Of a stretch of DNA of 64,000 bases, positions 63,501-64,000 are shown piece after piece (positions within the stretch are counted from its first letter, which is position 1; each line of letters begins with the position of its first letter). The stretch spans positions 9,435,525 to 9,499,524 of the forward strand of contig OZ316896.1 of assembly GCA_973895155.1 (NCBI GenBank). Reading direction: 5' to 3'. The stretch is from Marsupella aquatica (lineage: Eukaryota; Plantae; Marchantiophyta). The position numbers were made by a program, and so were the translations under genes. The notes under the pieces are model-generated. The model was given only the letters and a program-made list of their open reading frames with translations, was not told where the DNA came from and ran no database searches.

Positions 63501-64000
63501 GGACGAGATGCTCGAACAGACTTACGCCAAGATGAACCAGATGGAGTCTGTCATCATTGCAGAGCTCGACAAGGAGCTAAAAGCAACCCAGGAGGAGAGG
63601 ACTACCTTGAAACAAGAACGGGAGGAAGCCCAGAAGGAACTAGAGGAGGCACGCAAGGACCTGGATGAGACCCAGGAGGAGTTGGAGGAAATCACGAGGA
63701 AGATGGAGAACCTCCAGCGGCGGGCCGACAACCAAACGGAGCGGCTGAAGAAACAAGCCGCAGTATTTAGGTGCTTGTCTTCATCAGGCCCAACTCCAAT
63801 TGGGGCAACCAAGTTACCAGGAGTGGTACTGGCCGAAGAAAAAGCCGCGCCAACTGCACCAGTGCCGGAGGTAAGTGGGAAGGGGAAGGGACCAGCTGCC
63901 GAACCAGAAAAGAAGAAAAAGCGGAAACCTTCAGGGTCAAGGAGTAATCCGACTCCACAAGCCGTGGTGACCAAAGAGGTAGAACCAGCACCATCCTCCG
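60555..64000 (+). mobile_element. GC-rich, apparently young element inserted in the Copia leader; class unresolved (probably LTR/Gypsy)
   Basis: Abrupt junction at TGTGATG where leader homology stops, with a shift to GC/CpG-rich sequence. Truncated by the window end. Confidence 0.55.
60670..64000 (+). CDS. Open ORF of more than 1110 aa (no stop in window): basic N terminus, PMD/plant-transposon-protein-like domain, P/E-rich linker, long coiled coil, NLS
   Basis: Frame 1 is open from ATG 60670 (MEPGPRPEVRLRVK) to the window end. Domain ~61540-62060 reads GLEAFVRLPW..LLEFVGSW..LTPKVIAEVFGLP..TKNGFFRNTCTN..IDFL. Heptad-rich 63030-63770; EKKKKRK near 63910. It is missing from the ORF track because it lacks a stop. 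Confidence 0.85.
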   Translation, partial: MEPGPRPEVRLRVKTRLGLGRVKRRRLGRINGKKDRQRRGVRSACRRWWLICEHELGRRLREANYCQLLSQALGERVDTNDRPKEGMSNVNQAAHFWGCLFERATEYIKTYEDEESERAARERQELARLWELQKTAFLGGELIKDEFLWTPTSNQLDDLLFCKDSVVGIREAIKNCNDIHWELKGSTERWTQATVLGETSTAAEMKRKGAVNDEATPAKRTRSAAPKKPAEQQSRRKGEAEEEEVDPIKAIPTRDDTWKGWAATLPVEVQLHFAREEDACFTAMQTKKYQGFMAGSGLEAFVRLPWLKPEVPESDLLEFVGSWEPETNCTRIYGKDFYLTPKVIAEVFGLPIGNKTKVDTRKTLPDKEFRSFPGPSTKNGFFRNTCTNPHIGEMIDFLRVTMHCNLPRAEIGKAQVYLAERPDPSWDYNGYLLNQLKKILKEEQQVIGMGSVSRLGYHMPLLCRYARGQTFAPVLPLQVRAPEEAPTPRPLAEKPQPPVSPTIEQVFRPRKEDLPMQQPGMQSLLKLLEKEKKSASATTTATATMQDTTTEVGLHRLTRENPFAGDKERIRPESKPGVRMYVGTSSSESEAELPEAPTDEEEREKPDVQEVEEAVEDYSHDNSGYGSDHHVPGVRTCGRFVPTLPRVVRGDPNQQSSPESPPPDVAPPSFDGIKQTVQEFQERIKQEEEAALAKEKDLPGGDWPEDIRRLAKKGSKPLATIEEIRRTAWEQRPRWAMPITSTYSTYAKNRAMEYGEMCGELALGIFGEELEVGPFFHREQLEKHQLEEAVALERSKKDEVIRRLRRMEAEIEDLRAAKKAQDELRIKRHELNIMQGQLDTAQADNQNIKDKLTQTQEELADTIKEREKWKQELKNTEEAHITANSRAMAETQRKEWALKGELEKIRGALEQKEAELGKSYQGIMALQQELASLTASFKADLREKDEMLEQTYAKMNQMESVIIAELDKELKATQEERTTLKQEREEAQKELEEARKDLDETQEELEEITRKMENLQRRADNQTERLKKQAAVFRCLSSSGPTPIGATKLPGVVLAEEKAAPTAPVPEVSGKGKGPAAEPEKKKKRKPSGSRSNPTPQAVVTKEVEPAPSS

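Noticed and set aside
61131-63994. Many short minus-strand ORFs in the track
   Set aside because: Shadows of the long plus-strand ORF starting at 60670.

Overview
Eukaryotic, plant-type genomic DNA, most likely a bryophyte or other non-seed plant (inferred from TTTAGGG repeats, a SAUR gene, a PG-type DYW/PPR remnant and the TE lineages present). There are two intact-looking host genes: a single-exon RNI-like LRR protein (12585-14513, +) and a SAUR (22036-22512, -). There is also a PPR-DYW pseudogene. Most of the rest is transposon-derived: a three-gene PIF/Harbinger element (window start to ~8409), a decayed Helitron2-type Rep interrupted by a non-autonomous LTR element (28983-33140, TSD GATGA), Bianca-type Copia fragments, a second Harbinger transposase carrying nested MITE and CACTA insertions, and a nested stack of MULE, Copia, full-length LINE, second Copia and a GC-rich element with an ORF of more than 1100 aa that runs off the window and is absent from the ORF track. 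The best novelty candidate is an accessory protein domain (PMD/plant-transposon-protein-like, motif TKxG-x5-C-x-N-x8-FL-x4-H-x3-P). It is shared by the Harbinger third ORF and the giant ORF, and TTCCGGAA motif clusters recur in every intergenic segment of the Harbinger. Together these suggest a TE-encoded, sequence-targeted anti-silencing or regulatory module. All homology calls are by-eye motif recognition; no searches were run.
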